The notes: generated from the sequence alone by a model not told the origin. Positions 1 to 13,666 are shown, counted from the first letter of the whole stretch. The stretch is DNA of 62,912 bases, filler included, from Kipferlia bialata (GCA_003568945.1; 6 parts of 6 records of this genome joined end to end with filler, not necessarily neighbours in it), one strand, 5' to 3'. Made by a program: numbers and translations.

Positions 1-54
1 CTCCTTTTTTTTTTTCCCCCCCACCCCCCCCCCCCCCCTCCTCCCTCACCCCAG

Positions 55-753
55 CCATCTCCTCTGTCATTGCAGCCCTAGGCTCACTCATCTTCGCCAA
101 TGCTCAGGTACCAGTATATGTATCACTCTGTTATATCGGTATTTATAGAGGATCCATCTTCGCCAATGCTCAGGTATATATTCATATATAAGAATGAATG
201 TCTGTATCTTCGCCAATGCCCAGGTGTATTCATACAAATATTACTATCAGTCATGGACTATCTCTGTCAGTGTCACTCTCCTCTGTGTCAGTCACTCATG
301 TTACTGTACATTATCGACCCTTCTCGTCAGTGCACAGGTATTCGTATCAAGTTACAGCGTCACTCGTCTTTCTATACATATATGTATCAGTATCACCCGC
401 CCTTGCCAACGCACAGGAGTTCACAATGGTCTTCATCGGTCGCTTCCTCGTTGGTCTCGGAGGCTCACTGGGTATGATAGTGCCACTCCCTCTGTGTCTA
501 AATATTATTTCCTTTCTACATTTGTGTCTATTCTCCCTGACCCCCCAGTGTTTGTGCCCACCATCAAGCTCCTCACCCTGTACTACAGCCCCAAGGCATT
601 TGCCAAGGTCACGGGTATCCTCATCGCATTCGCAGGTACACATGGGCATCTACATATTGATATAGTGTAGGTATATGTTATACTTGTACTTGTCTGACTT
701 CCAGGTGTTGGTAGCCTCCTGTCCACCTCCCCCCTCGAGTGGATGAGCACAAA
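55..753 (+). CDS. Major facilitator superfamily transporter, internal fragment (4 exons)
   Basis: Spliced exons read AISSVIAALGSLIFANAQ / EFTMVFIGRFLVGLG / VFVPTIKLLTLYYSPKAFAKVTGILIAFA / GVGSLLSTSPLEWMSTK. GRFLxGxG is the MFS TM4 motif. The gene is truncated at the contig start and at the poly-C run 770-806. Confidence 0.8.
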
Positions 754-770
754 GTACGACACATGTAAAG

Positions 771-806
<36 letters not shown>

Positions 807-884
807 TAGCCATTCTCCTCACGTATTTCGTCCAGTGGACTTCTGTGCACTATGGCTACCAACCTCTCTCCCTCTCACCCTCAG

Positions 885-1615
885 TTGTGACTAGACATGG
901 TGCCAGGTCCACCCAGAACCCCTTCCCAACAGAGCCAGATGCATGGCACTGTGACCTCAACGTGAGTGCACCCTCTCTCTGTGTGTCTCTCTCTCCAGTT
1001 ATCCCCCCTCCCCCTCCCCCAGCCCCTGGCTTGATTCCTCTTCCTTCTCTCTCCCCTCACATTCTCCTCAGTATATGATATATATATATATATGATATAT
1101 CTCCTCAGTCTTGCCCCAGTACATATCCGATCGTGATATATCTAGGTGTCTCTCTTCCAACCACCACTCTTCCTCACCAATCTACCCTACTCAGTCATTC
1201 CCTTCTCTTCTCGATCAGAACTCATCATGCAGATTGTTGCTCTTATCTCACTTCCTTCTCCCAGTTCGCACTCTCTACCGACTCCCTACTCATCCCAGTA
1301 CCTGATGATGTATGTATAATATACCAATGATGTATGTATATGTATAATATACTATACGTATATCTATCTGTATATATAAATATATACCATGTCTATCTCA
1401 CCCCAGTACCTCATGATGTATGCAGATGGCGATGATCCCATTGAGCAGCCCTTGTACTTGGAATTCTACTACGACAACGGGTACAACGCCCTGCCTGGCA
1501 CATGTATGTGAATGTGTATAAGTAATATATATATGTGTAGTGTATATGTAGACGGAAGATACATTCTAGTATTCCTATACGACAACGGGTACAACGCCCT
1601 GCCTGGCACATGTAA

Positions 1616-1651
<36 letters not shown>

Positions 1652-4600
1652 AAATTGTATTATTCTTCTACAAATATTGTCACGACGTGCTATACATGAG
1701 TATATAGTATTACGTAGATGAATTCCTCTTCATAATAGCCTATGCTGACCCCCTAGGCATGCTAGGAGAGCTCACCTGTGTTGGAAGAGACATGGTGAGT
1801 CATTTCTCTCTCTCTCTCTCTGTCTACCTCTCTCTCTGTCTCTCAGTCCTTCCGTCTCCCCCCCATATATATATATATATATAAATATATATATCAAAGA
1901 GTCCTTCCCTTACCCATCAGGAGAAGGCCCGTGGAGAGTGGTACAGGAACAGGTGAGTAATTGTTGTATATGGATTCATATATATCATATATATTAGTAT
2001 ATATGTATATCTATATATATATATATATTAATATATAGATACTCATATATCGATATGTGGAGAGTGATACAGGAACGGGTGGGTACCAGATTCACTAAGG
2101 CTCAGCTGTGTGTATTCTTCATATATATACGTATGCTCTATACACAAGTGGAGAGTGGTACAGGGATATGTTGGTGTCTCTTTTATATGTCTTCATTTGA
2201 TATATATACTCATGTGAATCGACAAGTGGAGAGTAGTTATAGGAACAGGTGTGTATCCACCTCTCTGTTTGAATATACACTACTTTTGACAAGACCCATT
2301 CGATAACGGAATCTCTCTTTGTCTTCACCCTCATACCAGATATGTCAATGAGCTAGGTCTCCTGCCAGACACCATGGACCCCACCACCCTGTACCTCAGA
2401 TCCACAGACATCCAGAGGACAAAGGTTTATAATACTGTTACATTCAGCATATATACATATTATACTAATAATAACGTGAGGTAGTATGACGATATCTTGA
2501 GGTTTAACTATATGTACAACTCTGCCTTTGATCAACAGACATCCAGAGGACAAAGGTAATCTATATACATATATGAGTATTCAATAAGAGAGTATTATAT
2601 ACATACTATATATGTGTAAATATGCGCTGCCTCAGATCCACAGACATCCAGAGGACAAAGGTATTGCAGATATACGCAGTGGTATACAACAATACTGAGA
2701 GAGAGACATAAACTTACACAGAGAACTAGGGTAGTTGGGATGATATCTAGAGGTTCACATATATATACATACTACCCTGCCTTTCATCCACAGACATCCA
2801 GAGGACAAAGGTAAATAGTTCTCTTAGAATCACTATTGAGTACGATATCGTATCTATGTCTTGCTTAAAGGAGTCCTTAAGTGCACTAATATCTAGGAGT
2901 CCCTTATGGCCCAGCTCAATGGCCTCTATCCTGAGTCTGCCAGGCAGCACAGGCTGCACGTGCACACAGGTATAGTATGCTAACTAATGTCTTTGTTATC
3001 GGCTCTAGCGATGAATATAGTGTCTTCTTCCCACCACCTTCCTCGCTCCCCTCTCTCTCTCTCTTCACCCTATACTCATTCTAGGTGACAGTGGCTACGA
3101 TGACATGATCCCCCAGTGGTCCAGATGCCCAAGGTATGACTACTAATATATATGTATATATATTATAATAGGTAAAATACAAATATATATATAGTGAGAT
3201 ATGTATATATATATGTGTGTTATGTACGAGGACATCAGTATGTATAATCCCTCAGTGGTCCAGATGCCCAAGGCATACACATGTATATATGTAAAGATAG
3301 ATAGATATATATATATATATATATATACTCATTCGGTTTGTACCAATGCCTCTCAATATGTATGTCTTTTGTGGGCCGATCTCTCTCATCTTTCTTTCCT
3401 GTCATTCCCTCTCTGGGCCTGTCTTCCTTATCATTAGTATGAATAATATACTGTATACTATGCTTGGTGTATAAATATCAACTCTCATCCTCAGGATGCA
3501 CCAGATGTACCTATAGATACCTACTCCTATGTATATGCATACATGTTCATACCCCTTATCCTGCAGGATGCACCAGATGTACTACGGAGGCATCAACGAG
3601 GAGCCATTCTACCTGGGTATGGATACATAGTTCTATTTTTGCTTTCTAACTTATAACAATATTCAGTAAGAGACTCACTACTATATTCAAGAGTGTATGT
3701 CCCAAGTGCTAGTGAATATATTTCACCACCACTTTCCTTACGAGGGAACTTTCCACAAGTACTCTTTATTCTGCTCTATATTCTGTGGTGTATTCATCAG
3801 CACTGACCCGCCTAGACTACATGGCCACCATCCAGCCCGAGTTGACTTGGTATATATATATATATATATATACATTATATACATTATATACATTACTAAC
3901 CTCATGGACTACGTGGCCACCATCCATCCCAAGTTGACATTGTGAATATAGTCTCTCTCTATGTATATAGTATCTATCCATATACATTACAATACTAACC
4001 TCCCAGACCACATGGCCACCATCCAGCCTGAGCTGGACAGCATCATTATACATATATATATACATATATATATACATATATATATATACATGTATTGTGG
4101 CCATTAGTGTGGTTAGTGGTCATTATACCACTCACCCCAGACTATATGGCCACCATCCAGCCTGAGCTGGACAGCATCAATGCCAAGACAGGGGGGGACA
4201 TGACATGGGTGCCCATATACGATAACCTGGACTGTAGGTATGATGGAGATAACCACATCTACTGTATGTACTGAGTAGTGTGTTCCTACGGTAACCTGGG
4301 TTGTAGGTATGATAGTAGTATCCACACCTACTGAATATACTGAATAGCGCGTTACTCATGCGCAACAACAATTGTCTAGACTCCTATTCTATATTGAATA
4401 TATAGTGTTTCTAGTCCTACTAATCTATAGGAATGCCAGCGCCATGGAGTTCCCTATGTTTAGCAAATGTAAATGCCCTCAATATCTCACATATACTATA
4501 TTACAATTCTAGTGTTTCTCACCTTTAGGAATGCCAGTGCCATGGAGTTCCCTCTATTTAGTATGTAAATACTGTAGCAAGTACTGTTATCAATTCTCCT

Positions 4601-5968
4601 ATTCTGTAATGAGATCCTTCTCATCCTCTCAGGAATGCCAGCGCCATGGAGTTCCCCTTTGGCATCACAGAGCACGAGTACCTCACATCAATAGGTATAT
4701 AGTATACATACATATTAACATATACTTATATCAATATATTAACCATATATAGTGAAGTGTTCCCCTTTGGCATCACAGAGCACGAGTACCTCACGTCAAT
4801 AGGTATAGAATTGTATTTACTATACAGAGAGATAGTATTCATCTATAGTGAGTGTGTCTCAATGGTTATAGACGAAGGCACTCATGTGATGTATTGTTGT
4901 GTCCTCACCCCAGATGCTGCCAACTTTGAGATGTATCATCATATGTGTCAATTTGGTGCCAATGTTATAGTATATACTCTGCATTCAAGCATGTCCTCAC
5001 CCCAGATGCTGCCAACTTTGAAATGTATGCCCAGTTCACAAACCAGACAGAGTACCTGCAGGTGAGGATATCTAGCATAATTACATTTGTTACTCAACCT
5101 ATGTCTCTGCAATAATAGCAACTCTCCATTAGCAGTATCACATAAGTCTCTACGTAAGGTTTACTTGTCAATACCAGCTCTACATTGGCATGTTTGTCCA
5201 GGAGATCTCAGACATGTTGGTTGATGCCGCAGCTGGTAACTTGGAGTACACATTCGCCATGCACAGGTGGGTTTTACATGGTAGAGGATCAATTACGTGT
5301 ATAGCATCAAGTTGAAACAGTAAGAGATCAAATACAAGTGGTTTACACTCAATATTCCTTGATATGAATCAATGTCTGACCCTCAGTGGCCATGACAGCA
5401 CAATATCGCCCCTGATGGGAGTGCTTCAGGTAAAGGGGGCATCAAGTATCTCTGCAATTACCATCAATATACACAGTGTTGTATTCGTATGTGGATGTAC
5501 TCTCTCCGGATGGGGGGGCATCAAGTATCTCTGCTTTTCACCATCAATATACACAGTGTGGTGGGGGCATTGTCTTCTCTCTTTCCCACCATGTTGATAC
5601 CCAATGATGTATTTGTATGTGGGTGTACTCTCTGACTTCTAGGACTGGGACTACACATGGCCCCCCTATGCGAGTGTCATAGCCTTTGAGCTGTACAGTG
5701 ATGACAGGGGGGAGCAGTACATCAAGAGCAGGTGAGACACCCCATTTTCATTCCCCCTCTCTCTCTCTCCATGTCTCGCTCGCTCGCTCATCCCCACTGT
5801 CATTCTCCTTTACTGTTATATCCTCACTATAGGTACCTGGACCGTGATCTGAGACCCCCCTTCTGCAACGGCCTTGTCTACTGTCCTCTGGACATGTTTG
5901 TGGCTGGACTGGCTGAGTTTGCAGTACCAGGGGTCAACTCTTACTTGGAGAGATGCGTGGCGCTCTGA
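885..5968 (+). CDS. Histidine acid phosphatase (branch 2, lysosomal acid phosphatase-like), multi-exon, 5'-truncated
   Basis: Exons give VVTRHGARS (catalytic RHGxR), GELTCVG, LRSTDIQRTKES, GHDSTI (HD motif) and WPPYASVIAFELY, with a final exon ending ...YCPLDMF...ERCVAL* at 5968. Confidence 0.92.
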
Positions 5969-6309
5969 GGATAGTATGTATCAGGATCTTGCATAATTAG
6001 CATGCTTCCATATTGTGAACTTTACTCTTCCTGATGAAATACAGATGGATTATCCATGAATGAGGAGTATAGCTGTAAGTCCACATAAATATTGCGTTGT
6101 ACCCGTGACAAGAATTACCCACACTGGTGCACCACACAGTGATGTAAATACGAAACCAAGTGTCATCATCAGCGATAACAGAGCGAAATGCGTAAAAGTA
6201 CCCTATCCTCTCCAATACCTTTAGGAATTACAAACTGGGAGTGGGGGTTTGAAAGGCTTCCCAAATAGGGGTGCTGTGGAGTGTGTACTTACGGGGCAAC
6301 ATGGAGACA

Positions 6310-7632
6310 TTCATCTCAGATGAATCATCTGACTGTGTCCTGCGACAAAGTACCTCTTGCTCTAGAGTCTAGAGTCTAGACAGGAGTGAACAAGTGGTTG
6401 GTCGGCGTTGCGTACTCAACGCTTCATTCCCAAGAAGCCTCAATTTGACCGCTTCGAAACGTGCTCCGGTCATATTGATGACTATGCACATAGTCTCTAT
6501 ATCTATGTGGATCTATTGTTGATACATCTACCATGGTAATAAGAAATTCCAGGATTTTCCTAATAGGAATAATTCCTATTTGGAATGCCCTCTGATGATA
6601 GGGATCATCCCTAAGGGAAGTAATGAGTCATTACTAATGACAATAGATCACTCGCTCTTCATCTCAGTGCAGGGCCTGCTGCCCTAGCAGTACCCTTGGG
6701 AGCACATCTCCTCAGGACCTGAGGCTCAGGAAGGGGCACTGAGTGGAGACCCCTGCGGACTCCTGGGGGGTGCGAGTCGCACCGTGCGACGTTACATAGT
6801 GATTATCAAAGCTGGTTCATCTATGATGTATCATCTTGCAACGAGCCACCGCGATGTCCTGAGTCATGGCGGTGTGGATGACGACGCGGTAGGGGTAGGC
6901 CAGCGCGCACTTGAACAGGTGATGGTTAGGGTCGTCAAGGAGGTCAGGGTCGGCGTTCCCCTCGAGGAAACGTGGAAGGATATCGTTGTCATGATTGGTG
7001 GGGGTCATGTCGAAGTGGACACCAGTGATCTCAGGGCCATGGGACATATGTATACCCTTGCACACATCGTAGAGACCCCGGTAGTTGTAGAAGCTCTTGG
7101 CGTCGTGGTGCATCTCATCCCTGTCATCGGCGGGGGTAGAGACCCTCTACTAGAGAGGCCCTTGGCCGTACCCAGCCTTGGCTCTGATCTGACCTGCCCG
7201 GTCTGGCTACCCGGAACCGCACCGCGTCACTGGACACCTTGTTGGCCTAGGGGGTGAAGTGGGACGGCTTGTCGAGCTTGTTGTTCTCGGCGACAACGCC
7301 CATGTTAAGGTCGCTGGTCATGGACAGGACTCCTGTCACAGGAAGTAGAGTACAATTCCGAATCCGCATTGCCGATCATCAGGCCCCTCTGCTTGGACAG
7401 TCCAAGTTGGACTCATACTGTCACAATATGATATTGTGCAAGAAGTATCCCTTCTGTAAGTGTGACACTGTCACAGTGTGACACTTACTAATATCAGTAC
7501 CACTACTTTGCTAGAGTATGAGATATGATACATGGAATTCATATCACATGGACAAAATTGAAGTTCAATTTGCTTTGACGGCAATCACGAGTCGCGATCT
7601 CCGTGAGCGAACTCCCACTGAGTGGGCCACTC
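6310..7632. mobile_element. Cluster of hairpin-type (hAT-like) transposon excision footprints
   Basis: 22-bp motifs of the form 8-mer minus last base + reverse-complement 8-mer + 8-mer minus first base. Exact at 6310, 6360, 6620, 6769 and 7392; one mismatch at 6599, 6710 and 7323. Confidence 0.7.
6817..7321 (-). pseudogene. Degenerate intronless ORF of unknown origin (possible mobile-element remnant)
   Basis: Reads MTSDLNMGVVAENNKLDKPSHFTP*ANKVSS...EGLYPR, then an apparent frameshift into ADDRDEMHHDAKSFYNYRG...ARCKMIHHR*. It is GC-rich and coding-like, lacks microsatellites, and is flanked by excision-footprint-like motifs. Confidence 0.4.
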
Positions 7633-7846
7633 TCAGTAAGGGTCTCTTATCATACAATATAGATTAACAATATATGGAATGAATTACATATACTAACACG
7701 GAACAACCTGGGAGCACCGATGAATTTACTAGCTAAGTACGAAATCCACTAAATAGACATTGACTGTCCTTCCTCACTATAATAATGTACACTTCCACTC
7801 CACAATCTCCCCGCTTCACAACTGAATATCCTGATATGCGTGACCC

Positions 7847-10130
7847 TTAGTCCATCCACGATGGAGACACCTGTTTGTATCCCATACGGTTGGACCCCCT
7901 TCTGGCACCAGTCTTGGGTACCTGAAGCATTAGATATATATATATATATATTTATATATATGTATAATAATGTAGAGGTAGAGAGTTGGAGACAGAATAG
8001 GAGATCGAGCGAGAGAGAGAGAGAGAGAACACTCACCACCAGGGTTCCAGGCACAGCTGCATATCCCTCATAGGGCAGGGGCTGCCTCCTCTCCCTGCCC
8101 CTCTCTCTCTCTCTCTCCCCTCCATTTGTGCCCATATCTGCTGTATCCACACTGGTGCCAGTTGGGTTGAACTGGTCAAGTCCATAGACATCTCCCTCCC
8201 CCTGTCTCTGCTGCATGGCTAGCATCTGCACCAGCTTGTCAGTCTGGGGGTCAGGGTTCAAGCCCCACCATAGTCACTATTTACCATACTGCAATAGTAT
8301 ATATATATATTCACACAGCATACCTCAGTGTCGTATGTCCTGAACGAGAAGGAAATAGTATATATGCATATATATATATATACATGACATATCATGCATT
8401 TGGTCAATACCTCAGTGTCGTATGTCCTGAGCGAGAAGAGCACGTCAAGTACATATATATATATATATATACAAAATCGTAATTCACTATATTTGTATAA
8501 TACTTGTTATATGTATATGTATATACTTGTAATTATACCTCAGTGTCGTATGTCCTGAGCGAGAAGGGCACGTGGCCAAAGGCAGGGAAGTATGCCTTCT
8601 CCCTCTCCCTCTTGCCACTACTGCCGGGGGTGGGGTGCTGGGGCTGACGGTGAGTGGATACATAGTAGACAATACATATGTACTTTCGTACATACACACC
8701 TGCTCATTGACAGTGGGTGTGACAGTCTCTATATCATAATGAACATATACTATTCTACATCATATACACATATGTGTATATACATAATGCATACCTGCTC
8801 ATTGACTGTGGGTGTGACAGTATCAGAAACATAATGAACATACATNNNNNNNNNNNNNNNNNNNNNNNNNNNNNNNNNNNNNNNNNNNNNNNNNNNNNNN
8901 NNNNNNNNNNNNNNNNNNNNNNNNNNNNNNNNNNNNNNNACACCTGCTCATTGACAGTGGGTGTGACAGTCTCTGAAACATAATGAACATACATGTATGT
9001 ATCTCCATCATATACATATATAAAATGCATACCCGCTCATTGACTGTGGGTGTGACAGTCTCCACTGCCCCCTTTCTCCCTCTCCCTCTCTCTCTCTCTC
9101 TCTGTCCCTCTGGGGTAGCCTCGTCCACATACTCTGGGTGGAAGCGTATGGGAGAGGGAGAGGCAGCAGCCACTGGGGCGGGGGAATACGTGGGAACCTA
9201 TGAGTTAGAATACAATCATCTATACGCTAATCTATGGTATTGATTGATTTATATATATATATATAGATGCGTCTTATGCAGTACCTGGGAGTCCTGGTCC
9301 AGTCTGTTCCTGTCAATCACGACACTACCACGGAGCTGTCGCCTAGGGGTGAGAGGCAGAGGTATATGAGAAGTAGTATCAGTGCCAGTAATGACCGCCC
9401 CCTCCCCATGAAGCCCGTAGACAGTGAAACTGTACTGGCTAACTACTGCACACCACTGGTATTCAACTAACCTCCGTATCTCCCTGCCGTGTCTGCTGGG
9501 TGTACCCACAGATGCTCTCCTACCCTTGCCTCTCTCTACCCCTCTCTCTCTCCCCCTGTCCCTACTGCCTCTCAAGGGTGGCAGGGAGGGGGACTCAAGG
9601 TCCATGCCTAAGGGTCAGTATATAGCATATATCACTACGAATATTGTATATAACTAAAGAGAGAGAGAGATTGAGAGAGGGAGAGAGAGAGAGACTCAAG
9701 GTCCATGCCTAAGGGTTAGCATTAAGAGAGAGAGGCAACAAGACGATGATGTATGTATAGAGCATGACAATTTTATGATACTGACATACCCAGGACTGCC
9801 ACGCTGACCCCCTGCTCTGCTGGCCTGAGGTCCCTATGGTATATAAATTCGTATTCATTATATATATACACACACATATCTGTATATATATATAGTGAGT
9901 ATATATATATATATTTACCTAGCACTGCCACGCTGACCCCCTGCTCTGCTGGTCTGAGGTCCATATGATATATATATATATATTTATATATATGTGTGGG
10001 TGTGAATATTCAATGAATAGTGTATATATATACCTAGCACTGCCACGCTGACCCCCTGCTCTGCTGGTCTGAGGTCCCTGTGTCCTCCCACACTACGGCG
10101 CCTGTTACCAGTGTTCCTGGGGTGAGGAAG

Positions 10131-10168
<38 letters not shown>

Positions 10169-10366
10169 TAGAGAGCCTGTGACCAGTGTTCCTGGCGTGA
10201 GGAGAAATGTATATGTATGTATACAACAAATGCATATATTCCTTGGGAGAGAAGATGGTATATATCCATATATAACAATTTAGCCACTGAGAGGCAGTAA
10301 GCCATATTAAAGAGAGCATACCTAGGGGTGGGGCTTGTCTCCCAGAGGCAGAGAGAGCATCCCTAG

Positions 10367-10404
<38 letters not shown>

Positions 10405-13362
10405 GTGTATATATACCTAGGGGTGGGGCTTGTCTCCCAGTTAGCGGCTGGTGTCAGGACCGTGGATCCCCTGTGTCCTCTTCCTCTCTCTCTCTCCCTC
10501 TCCATGTCTCCTCGGGGTGTGAATATGACAGAGGCAGAGGGGGAGAAGGTGTGGAGGGGCTCTAGACGACCGGGGCCTATTGGGTAAGAGGGTAAGAGAG
10601 GGAGAGAGAGAGAGAGAGGCCGAGGGGGAGAAGGTGTGGAGGGGCTCTAGGCGACCGGGGCCTATTGGGGAAGAGGAACAGAGAGAGAGAGACAGAGAGA
10701 GAGATGCACACACACATTAATCACTATTACTAATCAATATAGGGAGGACGTACTCTCCATGCTGTCCATGCCTGCCTCTGCGGGTGTCCTGGATCGGACA
10801 GGGGTGCCTGGGGGTGAGGACATAGGTATATATACATATACACATATACACACACACACACATATATATATACGGTACTGGGGGTGAGGACATTGGTATA
10901 TATATAAATGAACATTAGTATACATATATATAGGTGTGTGTGTGAGAAGTACTCAGACAGGGGTGCCTGGGGGGTGAGGGGGGGGGAGGGGACCAGGTAT
11001 AGTGATATATATACATTACTCCTACCTCTCTGGGGCGTCCCCTACCAACCCAACCCGTATATTTATATACTAAACTATATATGACATAACACTATACATA
11101 ACATATGATTAACAATAACTCGTACCTCTCTGTGGTGTCCCCCTGCCAGCCCACCTCTCTCTGCTGGGTGGGGGGGAGGGGTAGCCAGGGAAGGGGTCAA
11201 CGTGCTCCATGCCTGGGGGTCAGTATCATGTTATGCATGTACACATACAGCATAACATTACAGTATGGCATATGGTATCATTAGGTCCTGCCTGGGGGCC
11301 AATGAATTCATGAATATACACATATTGATGAATATACTTAGCATGCCTAAGGGTCAACTAATACACTCTAACATCCATACATTGTCACATACCTGTTGTG
11401 GCGGGTCTGGGTGGTAGTGGAACACGGAAGTTGGCCCTTTCCAAGGCCTGGGGGTGAAGGTAAATATTACTACTGTAAAGATATCCTGTGGATAATACAT
11501 TTATGTAGGTATCCATACCTGTCTATCCCCCCTGTCTCTGTGTGTGTGTGGTGATGAGGCAGCACGTTTGGGCATATGGTTGAACTGGGGGGTGAGAAGA
11601 GATAACAGAAATAGTAAATGCAATAGTATATATATATATACTATAGACAGATATGCACTCATGTGGTTGAACTGGGGGGTGAGAAGAGAGACCACACACA
11701 TACATATAGCAGTACACCAAAGACCAAAGCAGTCAAAAACACAGATACAGTATATTCACAGTATATTCACAGTATACATAGTATATGCAGTATACCCAGT
11801 ATATACACTACCTGATGGGGTGGGGTGTTGATGCGGCTCGTGGAGGCTGCCTGGGCCTTGAACCTAGAGGTCAAGAGAAGTAAGAATAAGCCATAAGAAG
11901 TCAAGATAGAGAGAGAGATAGAGAGAGAGAGATCATATACCTCCTCATGCGTGGGTTGGGTGCCCTGGGAGGGCCTCCCGAGAGACGTCTTGCTGCCTAA
12001 GAGTTAATAGAAGAGAAGAAGGGGTACTTGATGCAAACGCATAGAATGCTCATTGGTTATACCACACCCGTTTTACCTCCAGTATTGGTTCTCCCCTCGA
12101 TGGTGGGACATCCACATCCAAGGGCACAACACCCTCTCCCTCGGCCTCTCCCTCAGACTCCATACCCTCACTCCTCTCCTGCTGTTCTGGTTCCTGTGGC
12201 ACATCCTCCACACTGTCCTCCTTGGACACCCTGGGTGATTAAGGGTGTAGAGAGAGAGAGAGAGAGTGGGTGTTAATGGTAATAAGGGTGTATAGGGGGA
12301 GAGAGAGATGGGGAGAGGTGGTTGGGGGTCTGGTGAGTAAGAGGTTGAAGGTACACACCTTCCACTTGACCGTCTCTTGGCACTCCTGGGGCGCCTCTTC
12401 TTGGTTCTCTTGGGCCTGTATGTAAGGAATATATGTCTACACGTGTTCAACGATATATCCACTAGCAAGTATACCTGAAAAGACAATTATGGCACTGAGT
12501 CAACTCAGAGTATACATACTATATAGTCTCTGTACATACACAATATACACATATACATACTTTGCGGGTTCCGCTGCCCCTAGTTGCATCACAGAGATGG
12601 GGACATTAGATGCAAATACACTATAAACAAACACTATACATACACTATATATACAGTGTATTATACATACTCTGCTGGCTCTGCTGCCCCTAGTTGCACC
12701 ACGGAGATGGGGACGTCCACTATATATCCACTATAAACACTATATATATACTGTATATATATATAAGTATACACATACTTTGCTGGCTCCGCTGCCCCTA
12801 GTTGCACCACTGAGATGGGCACATCCATGCTGCGCTCCTTCCTCTGCCGCTCTCTGGTCCTAAGGGTTAGAGAAATATAGACATATGTAGAATGAGTATG
12901 TCACAGTCTGCCTCTCCCTTGTCCTACGGGTTAGAGACATCTAGACATATAGAGAGTAAGATGTCACATATATACATTCATGAATGCTGCGCTCCTTCCG
13001 CTGCCTCTCCCTGGTTCTGAGGGTAAGAGAGTGATACTAATATGATGTATTGATACACAACTCTGGTTCTGAGGTTAGAGGATGTAATAACAGAAATCCA
13101 ATGAAACTACGCTTGTCTCTCAGCCTCTCTCTGATTCTGAAGGGGTAAGGATGTGTATGATAAATTGACAATATGTTCCTCCCTGGTTCTGGGGTTAGAG
13201 GAAGCTGCAGTTAAAGAATACAACCTCCAAGTGTATCCCTACCAAACGATACTTACAGAATCAACATCTATCTTTACATAAGAATTTACCAATACACCAT
13301 ACCTAGCCATGTCCCCCTGAGTCACCACCCACCCATCTCCCAGGTCACGCAGCGAGGACTGC
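7847..13362 (-). CDS. Hypothetical low-complexity multi-exon protein, 5'-truncated
   Basis: A series of GC-rich exons with canonical GT and fused BP-AG ends. The last two exons splice in frame: ...YAAVPGTLV|VPKTGARRGSNRMGYKQVSPSWMD*. No recognisable domain. Confidence 0.65.
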
Positions 13363-13552
13363 CTAAGGTGTGAGGATGGTGCCTATGCAATAGATACACA
13401 GTGACATCTCCTAAAATACCACAACACTTCCCATGATCCCCATGAGGGACTGCCTGGGATAAGTGTGAGGATGGTGGCTATGCCAACAGATACACTAAGT
13501 ATTGCACCCCCCCCCCCCCCCCCCCCCCCAACCCCTCCCCCCCCCCCCCACC

Positions 13553-13652
13553 NNNNNNNNNNNNNNNNNNNNNNNNNNNNNNNNNNNNNNNNNNNNTTAA
13601 TTAATTAANNNNNNNNNNNNNNNNNNNNNNNNNNNNNNNNNNNNNNNNNNNN
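13553..13652. other. Artificial contig linker
   Basis: N44-TTAATTAATTAA-N44 (stops in all six frames). Confidence 0.97.
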
Positions 13653-13666
13653 ATATCTAATGCCAG

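Noticed and set aside
705..961. MFS-acid phosphatase fusion gene
   Set aside because: The MFS exon ends in phase 2 and the phosphatase exon starts in phase 1, and they are separated by a poly-C tract typical of mis-joins.
6286..6472. U1 snRNA candidate (tacttac start, aatttga Sm-like site, hairpins)
   Set aside because: There is no U1-70K or U1A loop motif, and two of the hairpins are explained by the excision-footprint triplications. An Infernal search would settle it.
13597..13608. TTAATTAATTAA motif recurring five times as a biological element
   Set aside because: It always lies inside an identical N44 padding. It is an artificial six-frame-stop contig linker, so adjacency across it is meaningless.
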